From Flavipsychrobacter sp. (lineage in GTDB: Bacteria > Bacteroidota > Bacteroidia > Chitinophagales > Chitinophagaceae): a stretch of 64,000 nucleotides of DNA. The stretch is from the NCBI GenBank assembly GCA_044227125.1, contig JBGAFS010000008.1, positions 13,694 to 77,693 of the forward strand, read 5' to 3'. The position numbers and the translations under genes were made by a program. The notes under the pieces were generated by a model. That model was not told the origin of the DNA, did not search any database, and saw only the letters and a list, made by a program, of their open reading frames with translations. This document shows positions 53,341 to 62,333 of the stretch, piece after piece. The stretch's first letter is position 1, and the number at the start of each line of letters is the position of its first letter.

Positions 53341-53370
53341 GGTTGAATAATGTTATAACGCGTAAATAGT

Positions 53371-53610
53371 TTAGGTGGTAATGGTGATTTCTGTGACGGG
53401 GCTTTGTGCGCCATTGCAGCAATTTCTTATGATGCGTACCTGGTACTCTGCCGATGCGGCGAGGTTATCAATCTCTATCGTATCGCCAAAGAGTGGCGGC
53501 ATGATGGTATAGCCTGCTTCTGTATTCAGCTTATAAGACACATCATACCAGCTGGTGCATACGCCTTCGGCTGTGTGGTCGGTAATGGGGATGGATATTT
53601 TCTTTGACAT
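53371..53610 (-). CDS. single FN3/Ig-like domain phage protein
   Basis: 79 aa: ..AEYQVRIIRNCCNGAQSPVTEITITT. 9-nt gap to the upstream gene. Confidence 0.4.
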   Translation of the reverse strand: MSKKISIPITDHTAEGVCTSWYDVSYKLNTEAGYTIMPPLFGDTIEIDNLAASAEYQVRIIRNCCNGAQSPVTEITITT

Positions 53611-53619
53611 GGTTATGGA

Positions 53620-55329
53620 TTATATATTGTACACAATATCTGTAAGCTCTATAGTAACATTTGTTGGTGTAGCGCCTGTGCATGAGCCGCTGGCACGCAC
53701 TATACCATGAGCGTCTATAGTAATGATGAGTCCATCAGGTATAGAGGTATTATTATCATTGCTGAGTACGGCAATGGCGTATGGCCTTGCAGCTGCGCCT
53801 ATCACAGCTATCGGTTCGTTGAGTAAATCAACTGTTTCGCCCGGTGCATCAGGGTCTTCTGTTATGGTATTGTTCGTTAGTTTGATACTGAAGCGTACTT
53901 CGTTGCGATAGAGGCTGGCATAGGTAAATGCTTCTTCTGCTACCCAGTTGCCCAGTGCTGTGAGTGCTATACTAACAGGCGTGATGTCTGTAATAGTTAC
54001 CGTACCCGCTACGGGTGCAGCACAAACCATATCAGTAACTACAGGTGTACCTGCAACGGGCTTAATACATACAGGGCCGAGGCCTGCACATAGTTCTTCG
54101 GTACTCGTTACTACCCTGCCATATACTTTATTGGCGCTGAGGGGTGCATCAAAATAAAACGGTTGCTGCTGTACTGCATAGCCCGATACTTTCATCAGTT
54201 TATATACATCGCAGCTCATGCCTGTAGTGTCTGCATCTTCTGCCACTGCACCGTAGAGGCTGTTGTAATAGAGCAACAGCCCGTCATAATCATTGGCCAT
54301 CAGTGTGCCGTTATCTGCATAGAATGCGCCACCGCCATACGATGCGGGTATCATATAGTACATGCTGCCCGCAGTATTATCGCAAGGGGCACAACCGAAT
54401 ATCTGGCGCTGCGTGCAGTCCTGCATCATGGCTTCGAGCTTAAACAGTTCAAAACATTTATGCACCTGTTTGAAAGGCGTACCACCATCATAGCGGTATT
54501 CGCGGTAGGTGCTGTAATCATCCACCCAAATATGATTGGCATGCAGTTGCCCTTCTATCTCGTACATCTTCCAGTCGGGGAAATATTCAAAGCCTTCCAG
54601 CAGGTAGAGCGGTGTGCTTTCTACACGCTGTATCTTACAGTTGTAGCTTATCTCTTTCTTTATCTCGCGCGGGCGGCGCACTATGCGGCCCTTCATGCTG
54701 GTTATCTTGGTATAGTTGAAAGAGGCAGAGCCGCTGAGTACAGTACCCGGGTCGCCGTAATACTCTCCTGTGAATTTATCTATACAATCGAAAGAAGAAA
54801 TGATGCGTATCAATGGTTCACCACATTCGCCTGTGGGTTTTGATGATGATGCGGGTACAGTAGTAGTGCCTGTGGTGCTGCCGCCGCCTGTCGATACTAT
54901 ACCTGCCTGCGCTATGACTATGCCTCTGGCTGTATCACAACAATCGCTCACGCACCAGCGCTCTGTCCAGTTGGCAAAAAGATAATTGTTCGGGTCACCG
55001 ACGTTGGTAATACCCACACGTATGAGAAAACACTGGTGGCTGCACATGGCCGGACTGAAGGACCTGAGCCTTGCATTGAAATAATGCAGCGATGTAACGG
55101 GGTTGACAGCAAAATAATAATCGAAATAAGAATTGGCCACTTCGTAAATGGTGAGCCCGTCGGGGCTCCATACTTCTATACTGATATTATAATTACCGCT
55201 GCCCTGCCCTGCGGGTATGGTGCCCTGCAACAGCATATCAGACGGATATACCAGTTGCTCACAATAGCAGGATACGCCCTTGGGCTGTGTATAATATTGC
55301 AGGTCTTTTATGTTGGCGAACCATTTCAT
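53620..55329 (-). CDS. Cys-rich tail-tip/baseplate-like phage protein
   Basis: 569 aa, about 19 Cys by my count. Second gene downstream of the tape measure gene. Confidence 0.4.
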   Translation of the reverse strand: MKWFANIKDLQYYTQPKGVSCYCEQLVYPSDMLLQGTIPAGQGSGNYNISIEVWSPDGLTIYEVANSYFDYYFAVNPVTSLHYFNARLRSFSPAMCSHQCFLIRVGITNVGDPNNYLFANWTERWCVSDCCDTARGIVIAQAGIVSTGGGSTTGTTTVPASSSKPTGECGEPLIRIISSFDCIDKFTGEYYGDPGTVLSGSASFNYTKITSMKGRIVRRPREIKKEISYNCKIQRVESTPLYLLEGFEYFPDWKMYEIEGQLHANHIWVDDYSTYREYRYDGGTPFKQVHKCFELFKLEAMMQDCTQRQIFGCAPCDNTAGSMYYMIPASYGGGAFYADNGTLMANDYDGLLLYYNSLYGAVAEDADTTGMSCDVYKLMKVSGYAVQQQPFYFDAPLSANKVYGRVVTSTEELCAGLGPVCIKPVAGTPVVTDMVCAAPVAGTVTITDITPVSIALTALGNWVAEEAFTYASLYRNEVRFSIKLTNNTITEDPDAPGETVDLLNEPIAVIGAAARPYAIAVLSNDNNTSIPDGLIITIDAHGIVRASGSCTGATPTNVTIELTDIVYNI

Positions 55330-55360
55330 GTATGGGTGATTTGATAGTTTTTGATAGTTT

Positions 55361-57598
55361 TTATACGGTTCCTTTCAGTTGTATGTACATGCCGTCTTTA
55401 TCAGACGGGTCGTAGCTTATTTCTATTTCTTTGATGATACCATCCTGGTAATACTGTGATGGCAGCTTTACGGTATCGCCAACAGCAGCATCGGTAGAGT
55501 CGTTCACCAGCCTCAGCTTTTTCAGTTCATCGCAGCACAGTTCCATCTTCAGGCTCCAGTTCTTATGCAGTTGGGGGTTGGCCAGCGGGTCGTCTATCCA
55601 GTGGTACCAGTCCCAGAGTGTATCATTATACCAGGGCTCGAAGTACATGGGATAATTTACCAGCCTTGCTTCTTTCTCTGTGAAGCGAGATACGAGGCCG
55701 AGTATCGTATACACACCGTCTGACGGTGAGAGGAATGATATTTTATTGCCCAGCACATGCGTGTTTACTTTATGCCGCCAGTTCCACCATATAGCATTTT
55801 TATTGTAGCGCGTATTGGGCACAGGCTTTGGCGCACCGCTTACCAGCGTTGTATCCATAGGCCACATGTTTGATACTGCTTTTGCATTGCGGTAGCCGCT
55901 GTTGGTATCCCATATCAGTATCTTGGGCAGGGTACATGTTTCATCGCGCAGCAGCAGTGCATAGTTGGCATATTTATCTACCCACTGGTTCACATAGCGC
56001 ATCTGCGGCTCTGTGGTGGGTTGCAGCAGTTGCGAGTTCAGCAATTGCTGCATAGCATCGTATAGGTAATCTGTACTTGCACCATCGAGCCTGAATTTTG
56101 TAGCACCAAAATGATTGGTGGTCTTATCCAGCTCTCCGCCAAAAAGTTTGTTCTTATCTGTGCTGCCAAAATCGGCATAGCCGCCCATCTGGTCTGTGGC
56201 TTCGTTGCCGCAGGAGTCCAGTGCATCCAGCGAATAAATTCCTTTTGCATAAGCGGGATAGGAAACTTCGTTCCACTCAAAACATACACCCTGTATTATT
56301 TTATAAGCATCGGCAGCACCATCCCTGAAATCATACAGCGGCGGCGACTGGTGAAACCAGTCCTTGCGCCAGAAATAGAGATATGGTTCGCCGTTCACAT
56401 TGCGTATACGCCAGTCGGCATTGTACACTTCTTTCAGTTGGTTGAGAAAATCGCTGAGGGCTGTATTGGGTGCATTGGCATCTATATAAAAGTCTACCGT
56501 GTTCTCTTCTATATCAAAACTGCCGGGCTCATCTATACCGCTGAACCTGCGTATACCACGTGCTACAGGCGCATGAAGCAGGCAGGCATTATAGTGCGGG
56601 TTGAAACCGCTCTTTACTCCGCTTGATGCTTCTATGAAATTTCCATTGGGGCTCCTGAGTGTAGAGGAGAAGAAGACGGGACAGGTATTCTCATCTACTT
56701 TCACGCCGCATTTGTCGCACACGTTCTTTATATAATCTCTTATGAGCGGTGCGGGGTGTTCCCTGCCGCAGCCTGCCGATTCTATATACATGAGCCGCAG
56801 CCTTTCGCGTGCAGCCTTCAGGTCGTCGGTGCCGGGAGGTAAAATATTCTTCAGCCAGTTGGGCAGGTTGATGCCCAGCTTTTTCAGTTGTTTAAATATC
56901 CAGGTGAAGATGCCGCCTATATTGCCCGTGAGTATTATGATAGATAATAAGGTGGTGATAACGATAGACGAAATGAAACCCATCAGGTACCAGGTAACTA
57001 TCAGCGTGGCGTTGGGCCTTATCTCGTTGCAATAACTGAAACGCGGGTGCATCTTGCCATTGGCGGGCTGCGGCTGAAACATATGCTGCCAATTGTCTGA
57101 TATCACTGTCTTCTGTATGCAGTGAAAAGGGTCTTCTGTTTGTTTCAGTGTAAGCTCATAATAGCATACATCATTATTGCAGTGTTGCAGTTGCGTGCTG
57201 TAGATACTCCATTGTGCATATTCGCCGCAGGTACTGTCTACTATCTTCACATCTATAGCATTGAGCGGTGCGGCCACATGGTCGTCGCACCATGCTTTTA
57301 CAAAACGGTAGGCATCGCCTTCTATCTGCAAGGTACCCGATGCACCGCGCTTCTGCTGGAATGCGCCGTTGGCTGCGGGCTCTCCGTCTGTACCGCGCTC
57401 TATGGTCCAGGTGAGTTTCAGTTTATCCAGACCGCTCACATCATTGGTCACATCTATCCATGCTGTTTGCGGCACTGTGCCGTAAAGGCGTTCCACATTC
57501 AGCGGGTTGACGGGTTTGCTGCCGGGTACATTATAAATAATGGCTTTGCCGTACAGGTCGTATAGCTGCAGGTGCCTGAAGTATATTCTCAATTCCAT
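55361..57598 (-). CDS. large tail-associated phage protein with an internal hydrophobic segment
   Basis: 745 aa. Its start overlaps the tape measure stop (TAATG). Internal TM-like stretch LIVTWYLMGFISSIVITTLLSIIILTGNIGGIF. Confidence 0.45.
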   Translation of the reverse strand: MELRIYFRHLQLYDLYGKAIIYNVPGSKPVNPLNVERLYGTVPQTAWIDVTNDVSGLDKLKLTWTIERGTDGEPAANGAFQQKRGASGTLQIEGDAYRFVKAWCDDHVAAPLNAIDVKIVDSTCGEYAQWSIYSTQLQHCNNDVCYYELTLKQTEDPFHCIQKTVISDNWQHMFQPQPANGKMHPRFSYCNEIRPNATLIVTWYLMGFISSIVITTLLSIIILTGNIGGIFTWIFKQLKKLGINLPNWLKNILPPGTDDLKAARERLRLMYIESAGCGREHPAPLIRDYIKNVCDKCGVKVDENTCPVFFSSTLRSPNGNFIEASSGVKSGFNPHYNACLLHAPVARGIRRFSGIDEPGSFDIEENTVDFYIDANAPNTALSDFLNQLKEVYNADWRIRNVNGEPYLYFWRKDWFHQSPPLYDFRDGAADAYKIIQGVCFEWNEVSYPAYAKGIYSLDALDSCGNEATDQMGGYADFGSTDKNKLFGGELDKTTNHFGATKFRLDGASTDYLYDAMQQLLNSQLLQPTTEPQMRYVNQWVDKYANYALLLRDETCTLPKILIWDTNSGYRNAKAVSNMWPMDTTLVSGAPKPVPNTRYNKNAIWWNWRHKVNTHVLGNKISFLSPSDGVYTILGLVSRFTEKEARLVNYPMYFEPWYNDTLWDWYHWIDDPLANPQLHKNWSLKMELCCDELKKLRLVNDSTDAAVGDTVKLPSQYYQDGIIKEIEISYDPSDKDGMYIQLKGTV

Positions 57599-60366
57599 TA
57601 CCTGAACCTCCTGTTGTTTTTCCTGATGGCACGCTCTGTAAGAAGGCCCACACCATGCTCGTTAAAAAATATATCCTGTTTCATGCGGTTGTCTTCTATG
57701 GCCGATACTACGTCATCCAGTTTGCGCTCCAGTGTTTGCATGTCCTGTGCAGAAGCATAAGCGCCCTGCTGCAATTGCTGTGGCTGCCTGAATGCAGGCA
57801 TCGTGTATGCAAGTGCAGGATCGAGCACGCGAAACTGTGTGCCATTGTTTATAGCTTCCAGCAGATGACGGTTTGCTTTTGTGCCGCCTGCTGTTATCAC
57901 ACTCTCTCCGCTGGATATGCGCACCCAGTTGGCATCATCGCGCGGGCCGCCTGCACCGCGATAATCAACCACGCCATCTTTAAATGATTCTGAATTATTA
58001 GACAGAGACTGCACTGCTGCATATCCTGCTGCCAGTGCGGCAATGGTGGCAGCTACTGTAGCTATGGCACCATAACCACCCTGCCCCGCACCTTCTGCCG
58101 CTGCTTTGGCTATGGCCACTATCGCGTTCGATATGGTGACGGCTGCATTCACTACCTGCTCCCTGCGGGCATACTGTTCTCTTTTCTTCTGTGTTTCTTT
58201 CAGGCGCTCTTCTTCCTGGCGCAGCACTTCTGTATTGCCGCGTTCGGCCAGTTTCATGGCTTCGTCTACACGCTTCTGGCGTATGGCTATTTCTTTATCC
58301 AGCGCTTTTATCTGCGCTTCGTATATGGTTTGAAATGCCTGCGTGGCTGCATCTGCCAGTTGCTGATAGGCATCTATAGATTTCTTTATCTGCTCGCGGC
58401 GGCGCTCCTGCGCTAACTTGTCTTTTGCTTCCTGTTCGAGGCGTTGCTTTTCCTGTGCCTCTTTCAGTATAGCATCAGCATCTACTGTTTGAAATACGGG
58501 CTGCTCTATATTTACGGGCAATGACAGTAACCCATGCGATGGCTGCAGTGGTGTTACCTGTTTTTCCTTAGGCAGTTTGCGGCGGGTGCGCGGGATAGCT
58601 GTACCATATGATGGGACGGTTGCAGGTTTATTTTTTTGCTGAATATTATAGCTGAGTCTTTTCTCTTCTGCTTCCAGTTCTTCTCTTTGCTTAGTTGTCA
58701 GCTTAGCAGTTTTTAATTGCTGCTGAACTTCTTTCAATCTATTCTCATCATAATGAGCTATCTCAGCTTCTGCAGCGGCAGATTTTTTACTTTCTTCCGC
58801 CAATTCTTTCTGTGCCTGCAGGTATTTCTCTTTTGCAGGTTTCAGACGCGCTATCGCATTGAGGGCATCCTGTGCTGCACTACCATTTTCTGTTTGCCTG
58901 TACGAGATGGCTTTATCATCTTCACGTACTGCAACACTAACACCTGCTTCTTTTTGCAAACGAGCTTCCTGCTCAGGAGTAAAGCTGCCCGTCTCCAGTA
59001 TTTGTGTCACCTCGTCCTGGGTAAGCAAGCCCTTCTTCATTGCGTTCTGAAAAGAAGGCGCCAGTTTCTTCAGCTGTTTTTCATAATCATCTCTCCGAGC
59101 TTCGGCCTTATCAGCCTTTTCCTGTGCTATCTTCTGGCGGGCAATAAGACTAAAACGCAACTGGTATTTTTGGTTTACCTGGTTGAGTATAGCTATCAGT
59201 TCATTGTTCTTAACTTTTTCCGCATCAAGATTGCCAAGAAAATCAGGGAACTTCTGATTGAGCTCACCCATCAGCCTGCTGCGTTCGCCGGTTTCTTTAT
59301 TCGCACCTACAATAGCATATACGAGAGAGTTCAGTTCATCCTGCTCACGCTTTAATGCTTCTTCCGGCTTTATAGCTATGAGATCGTTCCAGCCCTTAAT
59401 AATATCGGTAAGGCCTTCTACAAAACCTTTTACGGGACCTGTAGTAGCGTCGCCAATAGTAGCTTTCAGGTTCTCGAATGCATCTTTCAGGTTAGCTATA
59501 GCACCGTTGGTAGTATTGCTGCTGCGCTCCATCATACCGAAGAATTTGCCTCCTTCTGATGTAGCTGAACGCAGCGCTTCTTCGACTGCATTGAATCCTA
59601 TCTTACCATTGTCGAGGTCTTTTCTCAGTTGCCGCAGGCTGGTGCCTGTTTTGTCTGCTATCAATTGCAATGGGTCAAAACCTGCACTTTTCAGTTGCTG
59701 TAAGGTATCTTCTGTCAGTACACCTTCGGTGCGTACCTGCCCGAAGGCTTGTACCAGTTCGGGTAATTTTTCTTTACCTGTTTCGCTGGCTACATCGCCC
59801 AGCTGTTTTAATACGGGCAACAGCTCATCGGCAGACACACCCACATCCAACAGTTGTTTTGCAGCAGCACCCAGTTCAGCCAGGTCAAAAGGTGAACGCA
59901 CAGCAATGTCCTGCAAGTTCTTTACCAGCACATCGGTGGCATTAGCATTATTAACGACAAGGTTTAATGTATTGGCCAGTTCTTCAACTTTGGTGGCGGC
60001 TTTAAATGATTCTATTCCCAGTTGCTTTACAGCTTCCACAGCCTGTGCTGTTACCGCCACGATACCACCACCTTTCAGACCAAATCCTTCCATGAATCCC
60101 TGCCCCATCTGTGAGAGTATCCCTTTTGTCTTACCGGCGCTGGCTTCCAGTTGTTTGCCTGTAATATTAATATGCTGGCTGAGCTTTGAGATAGCTGAAG
60201 TTTCTGCTACTGATGTAGCATCCAGTTCTTTCCTGTATTTATGCAGCTGGCCGGTGAGTGTAGCCAGTTCATTTATCTGGGTACGTATAACTGCGGCAGC
60301 ACGTTGTAATGCTGCATCGTCGACCTCGTACACAATTTTGTGAATTACTTCTGTGATATCCGCCAT
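57598..60366 (-). CDS. tail tape measure protein
   Basis: 922 aa, long Ala/Glu/Lys/Gln helical protein. The N-terminal third has the classic TMP core (RSPFDLAELGAAAKQLLDVGVSADELLPVLKQLGDVA..FGQVRTEGVLTEDTLQQLKSAGFDPLQ). There is also a Gly/Ala hydrophobic patch GGYGAIATVAATIAALAAGYAAV. Confidence 0.8.
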   Translation of the reverse strand: MADITEVIHKIVYEVDDAALQRAAAVIRTQINELATLTGQLHKYRKELDATSVAETSAISKLSQHINITGKQLEASAGKTKGILSQMGQGFMEGFGLKGGGIVAVTAQAVEAVKQLGIESFKAATKVEELANTLNLVVNNANATDVLVKNLQDIAVRSPFDLAELGAAAKQLLDVGVSADELLPVLKQLGDVASETGKEKLPELVQAFGQVRTEGVLTEDTLQQLKSAGFDPLQLIADKTGTSLRQLRKDLDNGKIGFNAVEEALRSATSEGGKFFGMMERSSNTTNGAIANLKDAFENLKATIGDATTGPVKGFVEGLTDIIKGWNDLIAIKPEEALKREQDELNSLVYAIVGANKETGERSRLMGELNQKFPDFLGNLDAEKVKNNELIAILNQVNQKYQLRFSLIARQKIAQEKADKAEARRDDYEKQLKKLAPSFQNAMKKGLLTQDEVTQILETGSFTPEQEARLQKEAGVSVAVREDDKAISYRQTENGSAAQDALNAIARLKPAKEKYLQAQKELAEESKKSAAAEAEIAHYDENRLKEVQQQLKTAKLTTKQREELEAEEKRLSYNIQQKNKPATVPSYGTAIPRTRRKLPKEKQVTPLQPSHGLLSLPVNIEQPVFQTVDADAILKEAQEKQRLEQEAKDKLAQERRREQIKKSIDAYQQLADAATQAFQTIYEAQIKALDKEIAIRQKRVDEAMKLAERGNTEVLRQEEERLKETQKKREQYARREQVVNAAVTISNAIVAIAKAAAEGAGQGGYGAIATVAATIAALAAGYAAVQSLSNNSESFKDGVVDYRGAGGPRDDANWVRISSGESVITAGGTKANRHLLEAINNGTQFRVLDPALAYTMPAFRQPQQLQQGAYASAQDMQTLERKLDDVVSAIEDNRMKQDIFFNEHGVGLLTERAIRKNNRRFR

Positions 60367-60548
60367 GGTGGGGCAAGCTAATATGGTATGAACCGTACAC
60401 TTGCAGGCGGCACTGTTGCCTGTGGCGTAGATTGAAAGGAACGCCTTCCTTAAAAAGACAATTTCACAACAAATTTACAATAATAATTTATTCTGTAAAA
60501 TTTATTTTTATTCGTCTTATATCCTATTTTTACTCAAATACTCATAGC

Positions 60549-61259
60549 ATGAAAAAACTAATCCCTACCATAAAGGTTTTAATATTAATAACAGGCTTGT
60601 ATAGTTGCAGCAATAAACCCAAAGAGGTGTACGCAGAATACGGTTATAAAGGGCCTGTAAAAACTGTTACTGAATATTATTATGACTCTGTAGTGAACCG
60701 CTTTGGTGAGTGGGTACCTTATGATACTAAAGTGCGGCAATATACCGTAGATAGTTTTGGCACTACCGGCAACAATATACAAGAAGATTTTTATGTCAGG
60801 TTTTCAGAAGACATACTCGCGGCAAGGTGGATCACCCAATTTAATGGCAACAGAAAAGTATCTACCATCTGTTATGGAATAGACGGTATACAGTGCGGAA
60901 AATCAGTATATACTTATGCCAATGACGCTGTCTTTACCACTACTACATACGATAGCTCCGGAAATATATCAGTGAAGATGAAGTCTACTATCGATCCCGT
61001 AACGAAGGAAGAAGTTAGTTATGATTATTACATGTATGATCACGATACTATAACCAGTTATTCGATAACTACCCACAAAAAGCTTGGCGATACTATATAT
61101 ACAGTCAACAAATACCCTAATGACAATAACAACACATATTCCAACAAGGTTGTTGCACTTAGCCGAGACAAGTATGGTAATGTTACCAAAAGCATATTTC
61201 TGGATCAACAAATGATACCAAGAACCATGCGCATCAAAGTATTTGAATACTACAAGTAA
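60549..61259 (+). CDS. lipoprotein with YD-like beta-hairpin repeats (opposite-strand, low-GC cargo), paralog A
   Basis: ATG at 60549 (MKKLIPTIKVLILITGLYSC). Motifs TYDSSGNIS, SRDKYGNVTK. The track start at 60432 is an upstream extension. Confidence 0.55.
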   Translation: MKKLIPTIKVLILITGLYSCSNKPKEVYAEYGYKGPVKTVTEYYYDSVVNRFGEWVPYDTKVRQYTVDSFGTTGNNIQEDFYVRFSEDILAARWITQFNGNRKVSTICYGIDGIQCGKSVYTYANDAVFTTTTYDSSGNISVKMKSTIDPVTKEEVSYDYYMYDHDTITSYSITTHKKLGDTIYTVNKYPNDNNNTYSNKVVALSRDKYGNVTKSIFLDQQMIPRTMRIKVFEYYK

Positions 61260-61279
61260 TGCTATACTAAAACCACTAT

Positions 61280-61993
61280 ATGAAAAAACTTACTGCCTTA
61301 TTGGCCATAGTAACGATATTCACAGCCTGCAAACATGCACAGCGTGCAGACGAAATAAACGACCTCGAATCTTCGGCACTCAGGGGGCATATAAAATCAA
61401 TAAGTACAATACGTTATTATAACGACCATAATGATTTCGTTAATGGTATGCCTGAAGACACCAGCCGCTATACTGAATTTATAAGCAGGTATGACGCCGC
61501 AGGTTATCTTACTGACGAAACAGTAACCACTTACAGTTATGGATCCGTAAACATAAGCTATAAAAATGTGTACCAGTATGACGGGCACAGAACCATAGCG
61601 ATGGATCTGATTGGTATGCAGAATGTAAATAAAAATGATAGAGACATTTACACCTGGAAAAACAACCATGAATACACAGTCAGGGATACCGCGAATGAAT
61701 ATAGCTTCACAGCAATACTTGACGACAGAAGACGGATTATAAAAGATTTCTTTGTCACTTACGAGAACGGGAAAACAAAAGACTCTTCAATAACAGAAAG
61801 TGAATTTGATGCTGCGGGCAGGCTCAGCAAAACCATAGTTCACACCATCCTTCCCCAACCTAAAACATATGTATCTATTAAGAAAGTAATTTCAGAAGAC
61901 CGCGAGGGCAACCCTACCAAGATCATATCTTATAGAAACGATACAATATCAACTGTCAGTCTCAATAACTACGAATACTACGACAATAAATAA
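61280..61993 (+). CDS. lipoprotein with YD-like repeats, paralog B
   Basis: MKKLTALLAIVTIFTAC. Motifs RYDAAGYLT, FDAAGRLSK, EDREGNPTK. Same size and style as paralog A. Confidence 0.55.
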   Translation: MKKLTALLAIVTIFTACKHAQRADEINDLESSALRGHIKSISTIRYYNDHNDFVNGMPEDTSRYTEFISRYDAAGYLTDETVTTYSYGSVNISYKNVYQYDGHRTIAMDLIGMQNVNKNDRDIYTWKNNHEYTVRDTANEYSFTAILDDRRRIIKDFFVTYENGKTKDSSITESEFDAAGRLSKTIVHTILPQPKTYVSIKKVISEDREGNPTKIISYRNDTISTVSLNNYEYYDNK

Positions 61994-62027
61994 GTAACAC
62001 GCACCCCGTTATAACCATTCACAGTAC

Positions 62028-62333
62028 TCAGCCGGGTTTCTGCTGCTCATTGTGCCAGCGTATATAGGCTGCTTTTTGTTTTATGCGGTAGTAAAACATG
62101 AATACCGAGGTATCCATCATGTGCTCTGCGGCCTGCAGGTTGCCCTCGTTATACTTCATGGCTATATCCCAGAAGCCGTCGTACCATTCATCTACCTGTG
62201 CGCTTATGCTGCGGGTTGAGGCTGCAGGCTGTTCAGCGCTTCGTTCCTTTGGCTGAAATAGTTCGTATTGCTCAAAATACCCAACTGCCCGCTCCATGCC
62301 GGCGTGAACGGTATTCCGGTGCTCAAAAAAAAA
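62028..62333 (-). CDS. -1 frame extension (GT-like) reachable by slippage on T_TTT_TTT
   Basis: The -1 frame is open from 62477 to 62028. After the T-run it reads FEHRNTVHAGMERAVGYFEQYELF...AQVDEWYDGFWDIAMKYNEGNLQAAEHMM..., which looks protein-like. Alternatively it is an independent ORF from ATG 62297. Confidence 0.35.
   Translation of the reverse strand, partial: FFFEHRNTVHAGMERAVGYFEQYELFQPKERSAEQPAASTRSISAQVDEWYDGFWDIAMKYNEGNLQAAEHMMDTSVFMFYYRIKQKAAYIRWHNEQQKPG

Noticed and set aside
59258-60343. Long plus-strand ORFs antisense to well-supported minus-strand genes: 59258..60343 (361 aa), 34398..35262, 49621..50484, 51294..52052, 54163..54843, 58717..59355
   Set aside because: These are shadow ORFs with low-complexity Ser/Cys/Phe/Leu-rich translations. 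Each is fully embedded opposite a gene with clear family motifs or better coding character.
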